Shown here: piece by piece, positions 37,936 to 51,610 of the stretch
Position numbering within the stretch: the first letter of the stretch is position 1
Layout: each line of letters begins with the position of its first letter
DNA from: Callorhinchus milii
Lineage: Eukaryota
DNA length: 64,000 nucleotides
NCBI RefSeq assembly: GCF_018977255.1
Contig: NW_024704743.1
Span: 60,762,001 to 60,826,000 of the forward strand
Direction: 5' to 3'
Notes under the pieces: generated by a model
The model's input: the letters and a program-made list of their open reading frames with translations, nothing else
The model's database searches: none
What the model was told of the DNA's origin: nothing
Program-made: the position numbers and the translations under genes

Positions 37936-38252
37936 GATACAGATACCAGGAAACCTTTATTTACTCAAATGGTAATTAACTACCCCAACAGATTACCAGG
38001 AAGGGTAACAAAGGATGCATTTTAAAAAAAGTTTGATGCTATGATGGGTGGGTATTCTGGAAGGATAAGATCAATTGGGCTGAAGGGTCATTTTAATCTG
38101 AACCTCTTTTGTGATCTTCTAACATACCTTGGCAATTAACATACCTTAGTCCTTTATTAAAACGGCTTGTCCAGCTATGCCTCTGTGTTCTCCACTGTGA
38201 TCCTTACCGATTTATCTCATAGACCTCCTCTCTCTGTTGCATCTCATCTGAG

Positions 38253-38760
38253 GGGAGTCAGCCTGGCTCAGCTGGTAGCAGTGTTGCCTCTTAGTCAGAA
38301 GGTTGTGGGTTCAAGCCCCACATCGGGACATTGAAATCAGAGTCTCGGCTGACGTATCCAATGCAGTGCTGGGCTACACTGCATTCTTGGAGGTGCCATT
38401 CTTTGGATCAGATGTCAAGATGAAGGTTCCATCTGCCTGTACATGTGGACATTAAAAATACTATTCCAGCTATCAAGTGCTTTGAGACATCTTCCCAACA
38501 TGAAAGGCACTATATAAATGTAAATTGTATTATATTGTACTGTTCGAAAAGGGAAGATGGTTTCTCTAAATGTCCTGGCCAACAATTCCCCAGATAAAAT
38601 TGGTCCTTCACTTCCTGATTGTTTGTAGGACATTACTGTGTGCACATTGATTGCCTTGTTTGTTGACAAAATACTCAGTCAGTACAATTTACAGTAAAAG
38701 AAAATTCTGTCCTCATGATGTTAAAGATGCTTTCTTAATGTCAGCATTATTATTTTTATT
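38253..38760 (+). mobile_element. Old SacSINE1-like Deu-SINE with an inserted tail fragment
   Basis: ggctcagctggtagca...gtcagaaggttgtgggttcaagcccc head; Deu core near 38620. Confidence 0.8.
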
Positions 38761-38961
38761 TGTCCTGATTTTCCATTCTTACCTCATCTTCTTTCCCATA
38801 GCAATCCAATAATATGCACTGTACCTCTTTGATTTATACAATGCAGGGTTCTATCGATTCAGTAGCTGTTGCAGCTCCTCACAGCTTTTGTTCCTCCAAT
38901 ATTTCTTCAAATGTTTTTGATTTTTTCATGATTCAGTCTCTGAGCAATAGTTTTAGCTCTT

Positions 38962-39660
38962 CAACAGCAACAACAACAAATCACATTTGTAAAGTGCCTT
39001 TCACAATGGGAGGACATTCAAAGTCGCTGGACAGTCAGGGGTTTGGATCCAAGCTGGGTTTGGGATCAGGAGGAGTGGAGAGTAGGGTGGTAAAGGGGAG
39101 GAGGGTGGCCGAAGGCGCGGTCGAAGATGAGGGTCTTGAGATGTGCCTTGAAGGAGGCAAGGGAGGGAGTAAGACAAAGGTAACGTGGGATAGAGTTCCA
39201 GAGGGTGGGGGCAGAGAGGCTTAAGGCCCAACTGCCGATGGTGGAGCGGGCTGGGCGGGGGACTTGGAGCAGGCTGGAGCCTGCTGAGAGGAGGGAGTGG
39301 ACAGGTTGATAAGGGGTTAGCAGGTCAGAGGAGTAGGAAGGGGCAAGGCCATGGAGGGTCTTGAAGGTGAGGATGAGGATTTTGAATTCTATTCTCTGAG
39401 GGTTGGGGAATCAGTGGAGTCGGGTGAGGTGGGGGTGATGGGGTCACGGAGCCTGGTGCGGGAGAGGACAGGTTCTGGATGATCTGCAGTTGTGGAGGGA
39501 AAAGTTGGGAAGGTCGAAAAGCAGGGAGTTGGTATAGTGGAGCCTAGATGTGATAAATGCTTGAGGGTTTCAGCAGCCTGAGCGGTGAGACAATGGCGGA
39601 GCCAGGCAATGTTGCAGAGGTGGGGGAAGGCAGAGCATGTCATGGCACGGATGTTAGCAT
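38962..39660 (-). mobile_element. L2 LINE 3' portion
   Basis: Similar to 31940-32770 (HLCNIAWLRHCLT, SRTRLRDPITP). Confidence 0.88.
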
Positions 39661-41804
39661 TTGGGGTAGATATACTTTGGAACTTATATTTATCCCCTCC
39701 TCTTCTCAGCCTAACCTTGTATACATCACATTCTACACAGTGAAGTCTTTTCTTATTCTCAAAGTTTCTTTTCCAGTTCTCCCTTTTTGTCTCGAAGTAG
39801 GTTTCTGTTAAGCTGCTTCTAACTTCCATTTGTTATTTTTTGAGCTGTGAAAAACACATTTTGAGTGTTTTCAGCCAGACTTCTAAAAGAAAACTTGTAG
39901 TTTTAAATTAATATCTAAAAACACTTATTACAAAATATCACCTACAAAATAAAGTTACTTTGCAGTGAATCCTGTGAGACATCCTCCTGATATGAAAAGC
40001 GCTATATCAAATGTAAGGATTATTCATTTATTTATTTCTAACTTATTGCATGTTATTGCACTCTAGGCAAATTAATGTTTCTTGATAAAAATGTCAAACC
40101 TTAAAAAAAGACTTTTGAGTAAAACACTTGGTGTAGAGAACATGTGTGTTCAACTTACAGTCAAATAATGCAGTGGTTAATCTCCTAATGTGTGACTACA
40201 CAGTCCACCTGATTGAATTAGGTTGTTCATTTTTTAAAATCTGAACATTGGAGGATTCCCCAAATAAAGCACCAAAAAATGTGCGTGATGAATAATTTCA
40301 GATCATTATATTCAGCGCAGTCAATTTCTGCATCATTACAGCAATGTGTTTCCAATGGATCCTGTAGATGTCAGTGGAAGCCATAGACAGGAGGTATACA
40401 AGTCTTGATGGACCACAATTTTATTTCACTAAATTCAAATCAAATAAGAAAGGCTTATTTTAATATTTCAGGGCTCATCATGTGTCACTGACTTCTTGAA
40501 TCTGGTAACTACTGCTTTTCTAGTGCACACAATTGAAAGCACATTTCATATATTCTGAATTAGCAAAATATTTGGTTTAAACACAGTACTTCCGACAATG
40601 CTTACCCATAAATAATTTATGTGGACCATAAATTCTGACATGGACCAGTTGATCTGTTTCTGTGCTGTGTATTCTATGTAATTTTATGTGGTAAACACGA
40701 GTTAGTGATTTCCTCAATTATTATTGTTTGAGCTTGGACTACATCTTAAACTGGCCTCTGTTTAAATTTACAAAAAACAAGATCAACAGAAGTGCTGATC
40801 CTGAACAACAACTTATGTTTATATAATGCCTTTCATGCAAAATGCCTTGAACTGCTTGATGATTGTACGCACTAGCAGGTAAGTGAAAAATTTGATGATG
40901 TTGCTCCAAGGAACGGTTGAAAAAGTATGCTTTTAGAAGCTTTATTTATTCTAGTGGCCTATAAGTACATTATCATTTCAGGAATGGTCCATTACTGTGT
41001 TGCTTTATCTATTTGTTGTAACATTAAGGGACGTTTTAGGTGCTAGATGTAGTGCAACAGAGATCAATTAGGCTGGTTTAGAGGGATGCTTTATGAGGAA
41101 TATCAGGATCAGCTAAGGCTTTTCAGCTAAGAAAAGACACATCTCAGAGGGGAACCTTATAAAGGAAAATTGTGGGTTCAAGCCCTATGTAAAAACAGAC
41201 TAGGCTGACACTCCCGTGCTTTTGTTTTTTATGTTAAATGCACTGGAACAATGCATACCTGCACCCAAAACTTCTTGCTAAATAGTAAAGTTCAAAAATA
41301 ATTTAACCTCCATCAGATAAGCCTTAGGTTAAGGTGTCTGGCTCTCACTGAAGTTTGAAACTCAACATACTTTATCACAAATGAGAACACCAATTAAACT
41401 CTGCCGAGTGGTATCAAATGTTGAGCGAGTGAAATTAATATTTGTTTGGCAACTACTATATTCAATTTAACAACAACCCATCAAATCTGTCATAATCACA
41501 CACCCCCACAGTCATTATTTGCTTAATTGCAAATACACAAAGAGTTCACAAGCCTGTTTCCATCTCTGAATGCAGAGGTGTTATATTAATCATTGCTGTG
41601 GATATGTCATGAATTGACATTTTTTTTACTGACATTCAAGCCTACTTATATTGAAATGACATTTAGAAGGCATTTATTCCTCATAGTCATGATGTTTTTG
41701 GGAAGGATTCGAGGTAATATTAGCTTTGTTTTTGAAACCTAATTAGGATAGAGTAGAATGGAACCAGAATTTGCCGTTGACTTCTAAAAGCAGTGTGTTC
41801 AGTG

Positions 41805-42088
41805 AGACGTCTCAAAGCACTTCACTGAAGTGGATTAACTGTGTATTTGTGGACGAAACGTGACAGCCAATTGGGCATGGCAGTGTTCCACAAGTAGTCG
41901 TGGATTGAGGGATTGTTACCCCCAGAAAGTGATCCACCATCCGACTAACAACCGGGTTCCTACATACTGCTTGATGAACAGAGGAGTGTGGAGTAAGGAA
42001 ATTTGCCTTAGGTTTCACCCTGCCCGGGAATCGAATCCAGATCCTCTCGCTTGTGAGGCGATCGGGCTAACCACTACATTATGGGATT
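41805..42088 (-). mobile_element. tRNA-derived Deu-SINE, long subfamily, diverged
   Basis: Reverse-strand head, internal segment and Deu core. Confidence 0.8.
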
Positions 42089-44819
42089 CCACAAATTTGA
42101 GGGATTAGAAAAGAACATCTGGCCAATTCTAAAGTATGTAAAACAATCTTACCCGACACTCTCATAGCGCACAATTGATTTTGTTGTTAAATAGCTATCT
42201 AATTCTCTTGACTTTATTGACACATTCAGCCATCACCAGCTCTCTGGGTAGTTGAATCTTTCAATACTGTGTAAAACAATTCCATCTGAACTGTTTGTGC
42301 ACCTTTCATCTTCTAAGCCTGAGTCCATGCATGTTCCAATGTTCTATTCCTTCTATTCCTACAACAAGTTGTAGCACTGAAGACCATATACAGTACTGCA
42401 ATTTCTGAATTCAGAGTAAAATATTCATCCTATCTTCAAGGTACAACATCCAGCTCACGACTGAGAATATCAGTATGATCAAGAATGATGCAAGGCAGAA
42501 GAAGAGAGAATGAAGTGAATAAAAGGTGTATTAGGAGGGACAAGATGCCCAGGAAGTCCCATCAACCCATTTACTCTCCTCTTGAGAGTCATCTATAATC
42601 ACAGAATCAAAAGAAAAGTTTGGATGCAACGAAGTCCTTACAACTCATTTGTAGCAATTAATAATAATCCTTGCATTTGATACAACACTTTATCACATTG
42701 CTGAGAAGTCTCATAGCACTTCATAGGATATATTGTAAAGTGATGTGACTGTATGTATTTTGTAGGCAAACACAGCAGCCGATTTGCACACAGCAATAAA
42801 CCACAGCCATGAAGTGAGTGAGCAATTTAAATTAGGGAATTGTTGGCCAGACAATGGGAGAAAGTCTCTTCATTTTTTAAGGCATGTCATGGGTGAGTGT
42901 GAGTGTTGAGTGTTCACCTGAACAGGAAACAGGACCTTGGTTAAACATTTCATCCAAAGGACATACACTATCTAACCACCAAGTGGTCAGCATTCTGGGG
43001 AAATAATGATGTTGTAAGATATTGAAAATATTTCATGATTCATTTAGGAATATTTCTTAAATCGTGAATGATTTTCTTTAGTGGCTTTCAGGGAATTGTA
43101 TGTGTTTTGCTTTGGGTGTCTGTCTCTTGGTTACATTTCATTAATGCCAAAATACCTGCTACAGTTATCATTGGAGTTAATTTATGATATTAACTTGTTA
43201 GAAATATTTTCAAAATAATTTTTATATGTGGTCGAAAATATTTTCATTTCCAAGAATCTTGTGCATTTGTATGCAATGCATAATTGCAAGCAATTTGGTA
43301 TGTATTTTGTACTTGAAAAGAGAAGGGCATTTCTCCTGTTGTCCTGGCCAAAAATCCCTCATAAAATTGGTCACTTATTTAACCCATTACCCTAGAAATA
43401 CAGTCACTACATATTACAGTAAATCCCATAAGCGCTTTGAGACATCCTCTCGATGTGAAATGGCATTGTGTCAGATATAAGAATTTTTTTATTAACACAT
43501 CACACATATGACAATTTTTACATCTACAAACCAACTACATCTTCACCCAATCAGAAAATAGATCAAAGCATAATAGTTGGGCAGAACAGAAATTTCAAAA
43601 GCAAATGAAATGTTTATGTGAGAATAAATCCATGGAATATAATCCAAAGAAGTGATACTGGCACTGTAGCATATCAGTTTCCAGGATTGGTTATTGTCAT
43701 TTCAAGAAGATACAAAAGCAATGAAAATTCTGTAATTCCTAGAAAGACAAAAAATAAGACTCTGGCCTTTACTTATCTATGAACAGAGCTCAAGAAAGCC
43801 TCATGTATTATCAGTGGAAAAGGAGGATGGAACCATAAGCCAAGCTTTAAAATGATTAAGGGAATTGAAAATATGGATTTAGAAAAACACATTTTGTGAA
43901 GACTCTAGGGCTTTATAAGATAAAGAAACCACAGCTAAACCTAAACCAGCAAATCCATTCTTTTTGTAAACTTTAGTGACTTAATTTAAAGTGTAATAAA
44001 TACTGAAAGTTAAAATAAATAATGTGAGGCAGCAATAAATGAGGCAAACAATAAGATGGGCTATACTGCCACATCAGTTTAATTCAACTCCCCAGAAGCC
44101 ATACACAGAGCTATATAGTACTCTGATCAAAGTATACCGAGAACTACAAACAGTTCTGATTTTCACAACAGTAAGTGGCTTCCCTGACTCTAGAGGCAGT
44201 GCAGAGGAGAGCTATTCCAATATTTTAAATGGGATTAAGAAAGTAAACCCAGAACAATACTTTCAGATGCACCAAGACATTGAACCACTGGACATAGATT
44301 TGAACTTGCAAACGACAATCTCAGGAGAGGTACCAGGAAGTATTTATTTACCCAGAGGGTAATTTGTGACTGGAACAGAAAGAGTTCCAGAACACTAGAA
44401 TCGTTTAAAACACAGGTCGATGCTGTGATGGGAAGATGGTAGGGTGCGTATTCTAGAAGGATGAGATCAAATATATATAAATGGGCCGAAAGGCCTTCTT
44501 TAGCTAAACCTCTCTTGTGAAATCTCTTTTGTGAAATATTCAGAAGGGAAGTAGATACATTTCTGCATCAATAGAGTACAGAACATGTTTCTGAGTTTAA
44601 ACCAAGATGAAAATAGCCACCGGAATAAATACTGAAACAGCATAAGGTTGGAAGAGCAAGTTGGATGAGATAAATGAGGAAGTGTTGCAATATTGAAGGT
44701 GCCTTTCATCAGATGAGATGTTAAAACTGAATCCTATCTATCTGCTCAGGTGGATATAATATTAAAAATCCCATGGCACAATTCAAAAAGAGAAGTAAAT
44801 TTCTTCTGGTGTTTTTTAA

Positions 44820-45211
44820 AATAATAAAGGGATTCAATAGGGTAGATACAGAGAAACTATTTTCTCTGGTGGGGAATCCAGAACAAGGGGCATAATCTTA
44901 AAATTAGAGCTAAGCCATTTAGGAGTGAAATCAGGAGGCAGTTTTTCACCCAAAGCGTAGTTGAAACCTGGAACTCTCTCCACCAAAAGGCTGGGGATGC
45001 TGGATCCATTCACATTTTCAAGACGAAGGTAGATAGATATTTGTTAGGTCAGGGTATTAAGGGATACGAGACAAGGGCGGGTAATTGGAGTTGAGGTATA
45101 GATTAGCCATTATCTTATAAAATGGTGGAACAGGCTCCAGGGGCTGAATGGCCTACTCCTGTTTCTATGTTTCTATTGTTCTATGTTTCTATTTTTCTAT
45201 GTTTCTATGTT
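44820..45211 (+). mobile_element. CR1 3' fragment with (TTTCTATG)n tail, inserted in an old Deu-SINE (44690-45395)
   Basis: agaacaagggggcataatcttaaaattagagc...gggctgaatggcctactcctg plus about 5 octamer repeats; SINE body continues afterwards. Confidence 0.9.
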
Positions 45212-46356
45212 CTGGTCAACAATCCCCGAGATAAAATTGATCATTCACTTCATTTCTGTTTGTAGGACATTGCTGGGCACTAAATTGGCTGTCACATTCG
45301 CCTACAAGTCACTACATTGCAATAAATCCTGGGGAGCATTTTGAGCCATCTCCTGACATGAAACACACTATGCCAAATGCATGGATTATTATTACTTATT
45401 ATTATATATTTTTAAGAAGAAGCAAAAATGCACATAAATGTGTTACAATTTTATTGCATTTTTATGTAATCTTTTCTGAGTGGATCCAAATGAAAAGCCT
45501 CGAAACAATCAAATTGAACTCTCTGAAAGCATTCAGTCAGCTTTAATTCAGGTTGTTAAGAAACATGTATTAAAGATACTTGGAATACCGTTCCTTAAAG
45601 CTATTTGCTAAGTCTTTTACTGTTTTTAAAGGCTTTTTGTCTTTCACAAGATAGGTTTGGATGAAGTCTCTTTGGTGCATTTGATCTGCAATAAACATGT
45701 TTTCATATTCAAATCAAAGTCAGTGGTAGGTATTACAAATGGATAGTTACAAGACTGGTTTATTGCTTGTTTTGACATCCAAACTGAAGTGGTTCGCTTT
45801 CTGTTACTCTCTGCCACTCGACCTTGCTTTGCTTCAGCTGTATCAGTTCTCAGATAGACCACTAGGTGGAGCAGCATGTCTAAATGAGGCTATCTATTTG
45901 AAGGAGCAAAACATTACTTGCCCTCCTGACTGACTTGGGATATAAATACAATGGAGGAGACTTGTAAAGAATACCGTGTCAGAATACTCATAGTTAGAAT
46001 AAAAAAGATTAACAAGTATCACCTTGTGATGGAGAAGTGAAAGGGCCATGTTGAAATCAAATTTAAAAATAGAAATAATGAAATAAAGAAATAATCACTT
46101 GTTTTTGATGCAGCAACGTATTATGTTGTCTAAATGTCTCAAAACATTTTACAGGATTTACTGAGAAGTGTAGTGACTGCGTATTTGGAGGCAAGCACAA
46201 CTGCCAATTTGTCCACAACAAAACAGGACAATTCTTATCTGCGAGATTTTCTAATCATGCCACGGGAATTTTACTGTCTGCCTGAACAGGCAGCTGGGTG
46301 CTCAATTTATCATCTCATCAGTTGGATGGCACTCTGCTCCAACATTGCGTTGCATT

Positions 46357-46714
46357 GGAGTCCTCCAGCTCAGTGGTTAGCGCACTCGCCATGTGAGCAA
46401 AACATTGGGCAACTTTCCTTATTCTACACACCTCTGGTTACCCAGAGGTAAGTAGGAACACGGTTGTTTGTCGATTGGCAGATCGTGTTTCTGGGGGTAA
46501 TAATTCCTTCAAAATGAATAAAAATAATTTGGTCACTCAATCCACGACTGTTTGTGGGACGCTGTTGTGCTCAGTTGGCTGCTGGGTTTCATCCATAAAA
46601 ATATACAGTCAATTCACTTTACAGTATATTCTGTGAAGTGCTTTGAGACGTCTCAAAGATGTGATAAGGCGCAATATCAAATGCAAGGATTATTATTAGT
46701 ATTATTATTATTAT
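46357..46714 (+). mobile_element. tRNA-derived Deu-SINE, long subfamily
   Basis: ggagtcctccagctcagtggttag head, internal segment, Deu core and ATT tail. Confidence 0.88.
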
Positions 46715-46719
46715 GAATT

Positions 46720-47620
46720 CAAAGTCCCAAACTGGAGCTTGAACCCACAACCTGCTGGTTTAGAAGCATGAGTTGCCAACTGAGCCTGTCTGACAGCTGG
46801 CTGATGAATCTATAGTAAAATCTAAATGACCACAATATCTGGGAGAATAATTGAATAGTACTCTTGCCTTTGGGTCATAAGGTTATGGGTTCAACCCCAC
46901 GTTGTGACTTGAGCTGATAATTTAGGCTGACATTCAGTGTAGTACTGGCGAGTACTTCTATTGTCGATCTTTAAATGAAACATTAAATTGAGGTCCCATC
47001 TGTTTACCCAGGCAGATGTTGAAGATCCCACCATGATCCTATTTTAAAGGATAAGGGAGTTTCTTCCTGATGTCCTGGCCAACAATCTTCCAGATAGATT
47101 GATCATCATGTCAGATATCAGCCTGGTACAGATGGTAGCACTGAGTTGGAATGTTTTGGATTCAAACCCCAAGTGGTGACTTTAACCCCACAAAGTCGAG
47201 GCTAACACTCCAATATGGTGCTAGGAAAGCACTACATTGTTGGAGGTACCATCCTTCGGATTAGAAGTTAAACGAGGTTCCGTCTACCAGATCAGCTAGT
47301 TGTTAAAAATACCACGGAATTATAAAATAGTTTTTTCCAGTGTCCTGATCAATACTCTCCCAGGTAAAATTGATCATTCAAGTCATGGTTGTTTGTGGAA
47401 AATTGCAGTGCATAAATTGACTGTTGTGTTTGCCTACAAAATTGGTTACTTACACAGTCACTACACTTTACAGTAAATCCTGTGAAGTGCTTTGAGACAT
47501 TCCTCTGATGTGAAAGTAACATATCAAATGCATATATTATTTTAGTTAGTGTTATTCACCTCATGGCTGTTTGTGGGGATCTTGCTGGTGCAAATGGCTG
47601 CCATATTTGTCTACAAAAAA
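46720..47620. mobile_element. Cluster of old Deu-SINE fragments
   Basis: Repeated tRNA-like heads (gggttcaacccc, ggattcaaacccc) and Deu cores. Confidence 0.7.
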
Positions 47621-47636
47621 CTGTTCCTACTCTTCA

Positions 47637-49320
47637 TAGGGGGCATAGACAGATTAGTTGATTGGGGAGACAAATGGCAAATAAAATTTAATGTTGACAA
47701 ATGTGAGGTTATACATTTTGGGAGGAAGACTTAGGAGAACAAATATAAGTTGGGTGGTAAAGACTCTATCTGGAGTACTGCGTTCAGTTTTGGCCACTGC
47801 GCCTCAGGAAGGATATATTGGCTCTGGAGGGGGAGCAGCACAGGTTAACCAGAATAATACTAGGGCTTAAAGAGTTAAATTATGAGGACAAGTTGTATAA
47901 ACTTGGTCTATATTCCCTTGAGTTTAGAAGGTTGAGGGGTGATCTAATTGAGGTTTTTATAATGCTAAAGGGATTTGATAGGGTAGATAGAGAGAAAGTA
48001 TTGCTTCTGATGGGGAATCCAGAACAAGGGGCATAATCTTAAAATTAGAGCTAAGCCATTTAGAAGTGAAATCAGGAGGCAGTTGTTCACCCAAAGAGTA
48101 GTGAAAATCTGGAACTCTCACCCAAAAGGCTGTGGATGCTGGATCTATTCACATTTTCAAGTCTGAGGTGGATATATATTTGTTAGGTCAGGGTATCAAG
48201 GGATACGGGGCGAGGGCAGGTAACTGGAGTTGAGGTACAGATCAGCCATGATCGTAGAATGGTGGAACAGACTTAAGAGGCTGACTGTCCTATTCCTGTT
48301 TCTATGTAAAATATTAAAAGGAGTGGAAGAGCAAAGGGGTTTGGGTTAAGACAGATAACTCCTTAAAGGTGGGAAGGCAGGTGGTCAAAGCTGCAAAAAA
48401 GATGATAGAATCTTAGGTTTTATAAATAGGTGTATAGAATATAAAAGCAAAATTGCTAAATTTAAAGAAATTGTTAGTTAGACTGCAGTTAGAATATTGT
48501 GTCCAGTATTAGTCACCTTTAGGAAAGATGTGAAGATGATAATAAGGAGTGCAGAGGAGATTTACTAGGATGATCCTGGGATGAGTGGTTTGACCTATAA
48601 GATAGACTGGAGGAACTGCAACTTTTATACTGGAACAAAGAAGGCTAAGATCAAGGTCTTCAAAATTATGAGGGGGACAATTATTTCCACTAGTCAGAGT
48701 CAGTAAATAGAGGGCATCAATTTAAGATAGTAAACCTGCAACCGAGAAGGTTAGGAGAATTATTTTCACACACAGAGTAGTTAGTATATAATAATAATAA
48801 TAATAATAATCCTTGCATTTGATATAGCGCTTTTCACGTCGGGAGGATGTCCCAAAGCGCTTCACAGAATATACTGTAAAGTGAATTGACTGTATATTTG
48901 AGGGCGCACGCGGCAGCCAATTGCGCACAGCAATGTCCCACAAACAGTCGTAGATTGAAAATGACCAATTTATTATTGTTTTTGGTTTTGGAGGGATTAT
49001 TATTAGGCGTGTGGAGTAAGGAAACTTGCCCAAGGTTTCGCCCTGACCTGCCTGGAAATGAACTCAGGTCTCTCGCTTGCAAAGCGAGTGCTCTAACCAC
49101 TGAGCTACAGGACTCCACAAGTGCGCTGCTAGGAGCACTGGTGGAGAAAGAATCCACATTGGTTTTCAAGAGGAACTAAATAAATACCTTAAAAAGAGTC
49201 AGCCATGGGGTTATAGAGAAAGGGTAGGTAAGTGGTACTGGAAGGATTACACTTGAGGGAGGTGATACAGACACGATGGGCTAAATGGCCTTCTTCTATA
49301 CCATACATTTGTATGGTATG
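47637..49320 (+). mobile_element. Nested CR1 fragments: younger CR1 (~47765-48306) inside an older CR1, further split by a SINE
   Basis: GIDRLVDWGDKWQIKFNVDKCEVIHFGRK, LYSLEFRRLRGDLIEVF, and two CR1 3' ends (near 48300 and 49320). Confidence 0.85.
48788..49117 (-). mobile_element. Full-length short-subfamily Deu-SINE
   Basis: Near-identical reverse complement of 26711-27034. Confidence 0.95.
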
Positions 49321-51427
49321 GTTCAAGGAAATTATTCTGATACTCTTTAAAGCTCTTCAGACATTCTGACATGATAAGGCTCTATAAGAAATTGTAAGTC
49401 TTCTCTTTTTCGAACATGTTCACACACTACTCCCTCCAAAAACCTACCTACACCTATAATTATCAGCCTGCTATCCACAGTAAAGAATTAACAAGCATGG
49501 AATGAATCAGTATGACCCTGTGCTCAGAAAGGCAGCAATAAATGTTGATGATCTGAAATTGATTTGTGATTGAAGGAATCAAATTTCAAATTAAATACCT
49601 GCTTTTAGAAGATTTGATGCAGCCAGTGATACGACCACTGTTTACACCAGGGAGCAGTAACTGCAAATTTAATTTGATGAGAAAGCAATCAACAAAAGTT
49701 AATCCACAAATAAAGAAATAAAAGTTTTATAAGTCCATAGTGGAGAGGATTGCGTTGTTTTTAATCATGTTTCATTGCATAATTAATGTCAGGAATAATT
49801 CATCAGCTATGAGATGAAAAACCAACTGATCTTCTTAAATATCTTAATAACTCTCCTCCTTGGAGGGGTGGGGGTGGTAAATGAGGTCTTCTTGGAGGTT
49901 AGGTCTCCTTCAAGGTGATTTTTCTGGGCAACAGAATGTCACGATTGAGCCAACCTCACTGGCAGTCTCGGTAGTGTTGTTCTTACACATGAAGAACCAC
50001 ACTATTGAGACCGCCAGCGAGGTAGTTAGTGTGGTGGAATGACCTTTGTGTATCAACGAAAAGCTGAGGGCATCAGGAAACTTATGTGAAGCAATTTTCT
50101 CATGTGCAGAATGCCACCAGTTTGATTGCTCTAGGTGCCAGAACTTATCCTTTAGATTTGGATCAACTGTGTGCAGAGGCAATAAGACATCTGACTCCAA
50201 GCAGGGTTTTCTGAAATTCAGCATTCCAGGTTTTTATTATGAGGACCTTGCCTTGGGTGGCAATCTCAATCTAAAAGTGGTAAGGGAGGGCTAAGTTATG
50301 ATGAACCATAGATGAATTAGGAATTTTCAGCCCTGAAAAGAGAGCGGACCTTATAGATGTGTAAAAGATACTTAACGTAAATAATTATTTCCAAAATCAA
50401 CCAGGAAGGAAGGAGGGGTCAATTGAGGCCAGGACATTGGACTCATTTAAGAAACAGTGTGAAGTTGTAATGGAAGACTGGAGGATTGGGTTTCTGATGG
50501 GCTGAAGCGTCTTCTTCATCCAAACCAATCTCACGATCAACAATGCAAAAATGGAGAAATTACATGACCTTTTTGATCATTCATCATTGTGATGTAGGTC
50601 TTTCTTTTTCTGAACTATTTTATGTTGACAGATGAGTTCTATATACAAATGCCTGGGAGACATTTTTGTCTCTGGCTGCGATCCTTTGGGAAAGGACATG
50701 TTAAAATATCATTATTTCTGAATTCCCAACAGATTCTTTGCTGACTGCCTTTCCCAAAAGCTTGTTTTTGTTTCGTTTCAATTCCAGGGCTGCATTTTGA
50801 TGAGTTTGAAGAATGTTTTAACAATATTAACTCACTCTGAAAATAATGAAAACCTTGCAACTATAACAATAAAACCATTTTCAGTCAAGTGGTAGCTTAA
50901 CTCCAACAGCATTTAAAAAGAGGAGTTTTTCCCAGTGAACTGGGTAGCATCCTTCAGTTAGTGGCTATAGGACTTTGCTAGAACACAGTTACTACATTTT
51001 AATAGTGATTCCCTGTAAGATGTTTCAATATAATAGGGGTTATGAATATACAAAATCTTTCTTAACTTTTCATAAATCCGAGACTCACCATGATTTTCCC
51101 TTGTTTTTTGTTCTACTTTAATATTTAGCATATTTGTGCCACTAAAACATAACTTCCTCAGTTACAATTAAATGCTACAGGAGTCTGATATGCAGTATTT
51201 TTAACAGGAATTTGTTTTGAAGGAATCTGACACATAATTGAAGATAAGTACCGGTAATTAGTAGGACATCATGCTGTTGTGCGGGAACTCGGTCAGCTCT
51301 TCTGAAATTGGAGATGGAGCAGTCAGGATGACTGAGACTGCTGTCAGCAGGTGCCATGGGCAGCATGGCGGAGATTATCATTAAAAAGGATTTATACTAA
51401 AGCCAGAACATTCAAGAATCGTTTTTC

Positions 51428-51610
51428 AGTCAGCTGGGTGTCCGAAACATTCAGAAACCCATCCCCATGCTTAAGAGTATCCAAACCAAACTGAGAATTC
51501 CATGCATCCCACCTACACTTGGAAATCCCAGAGATAGATTGTTGGAGTGGAATATACCTGGAGGGACACATCCTGTTTACCTAATTCAGAAAACATTCAG
51601 TGCAGGTTGA
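51428..51610 (-). repeat. Unclassified ~180-bp interspersed repeat, copy 3 (inverted)
   Basis: gaaacccatccccatgcttaagagtatccaaaccaa is the reverse complement of the core of copy 2. Confidence 0.9.
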
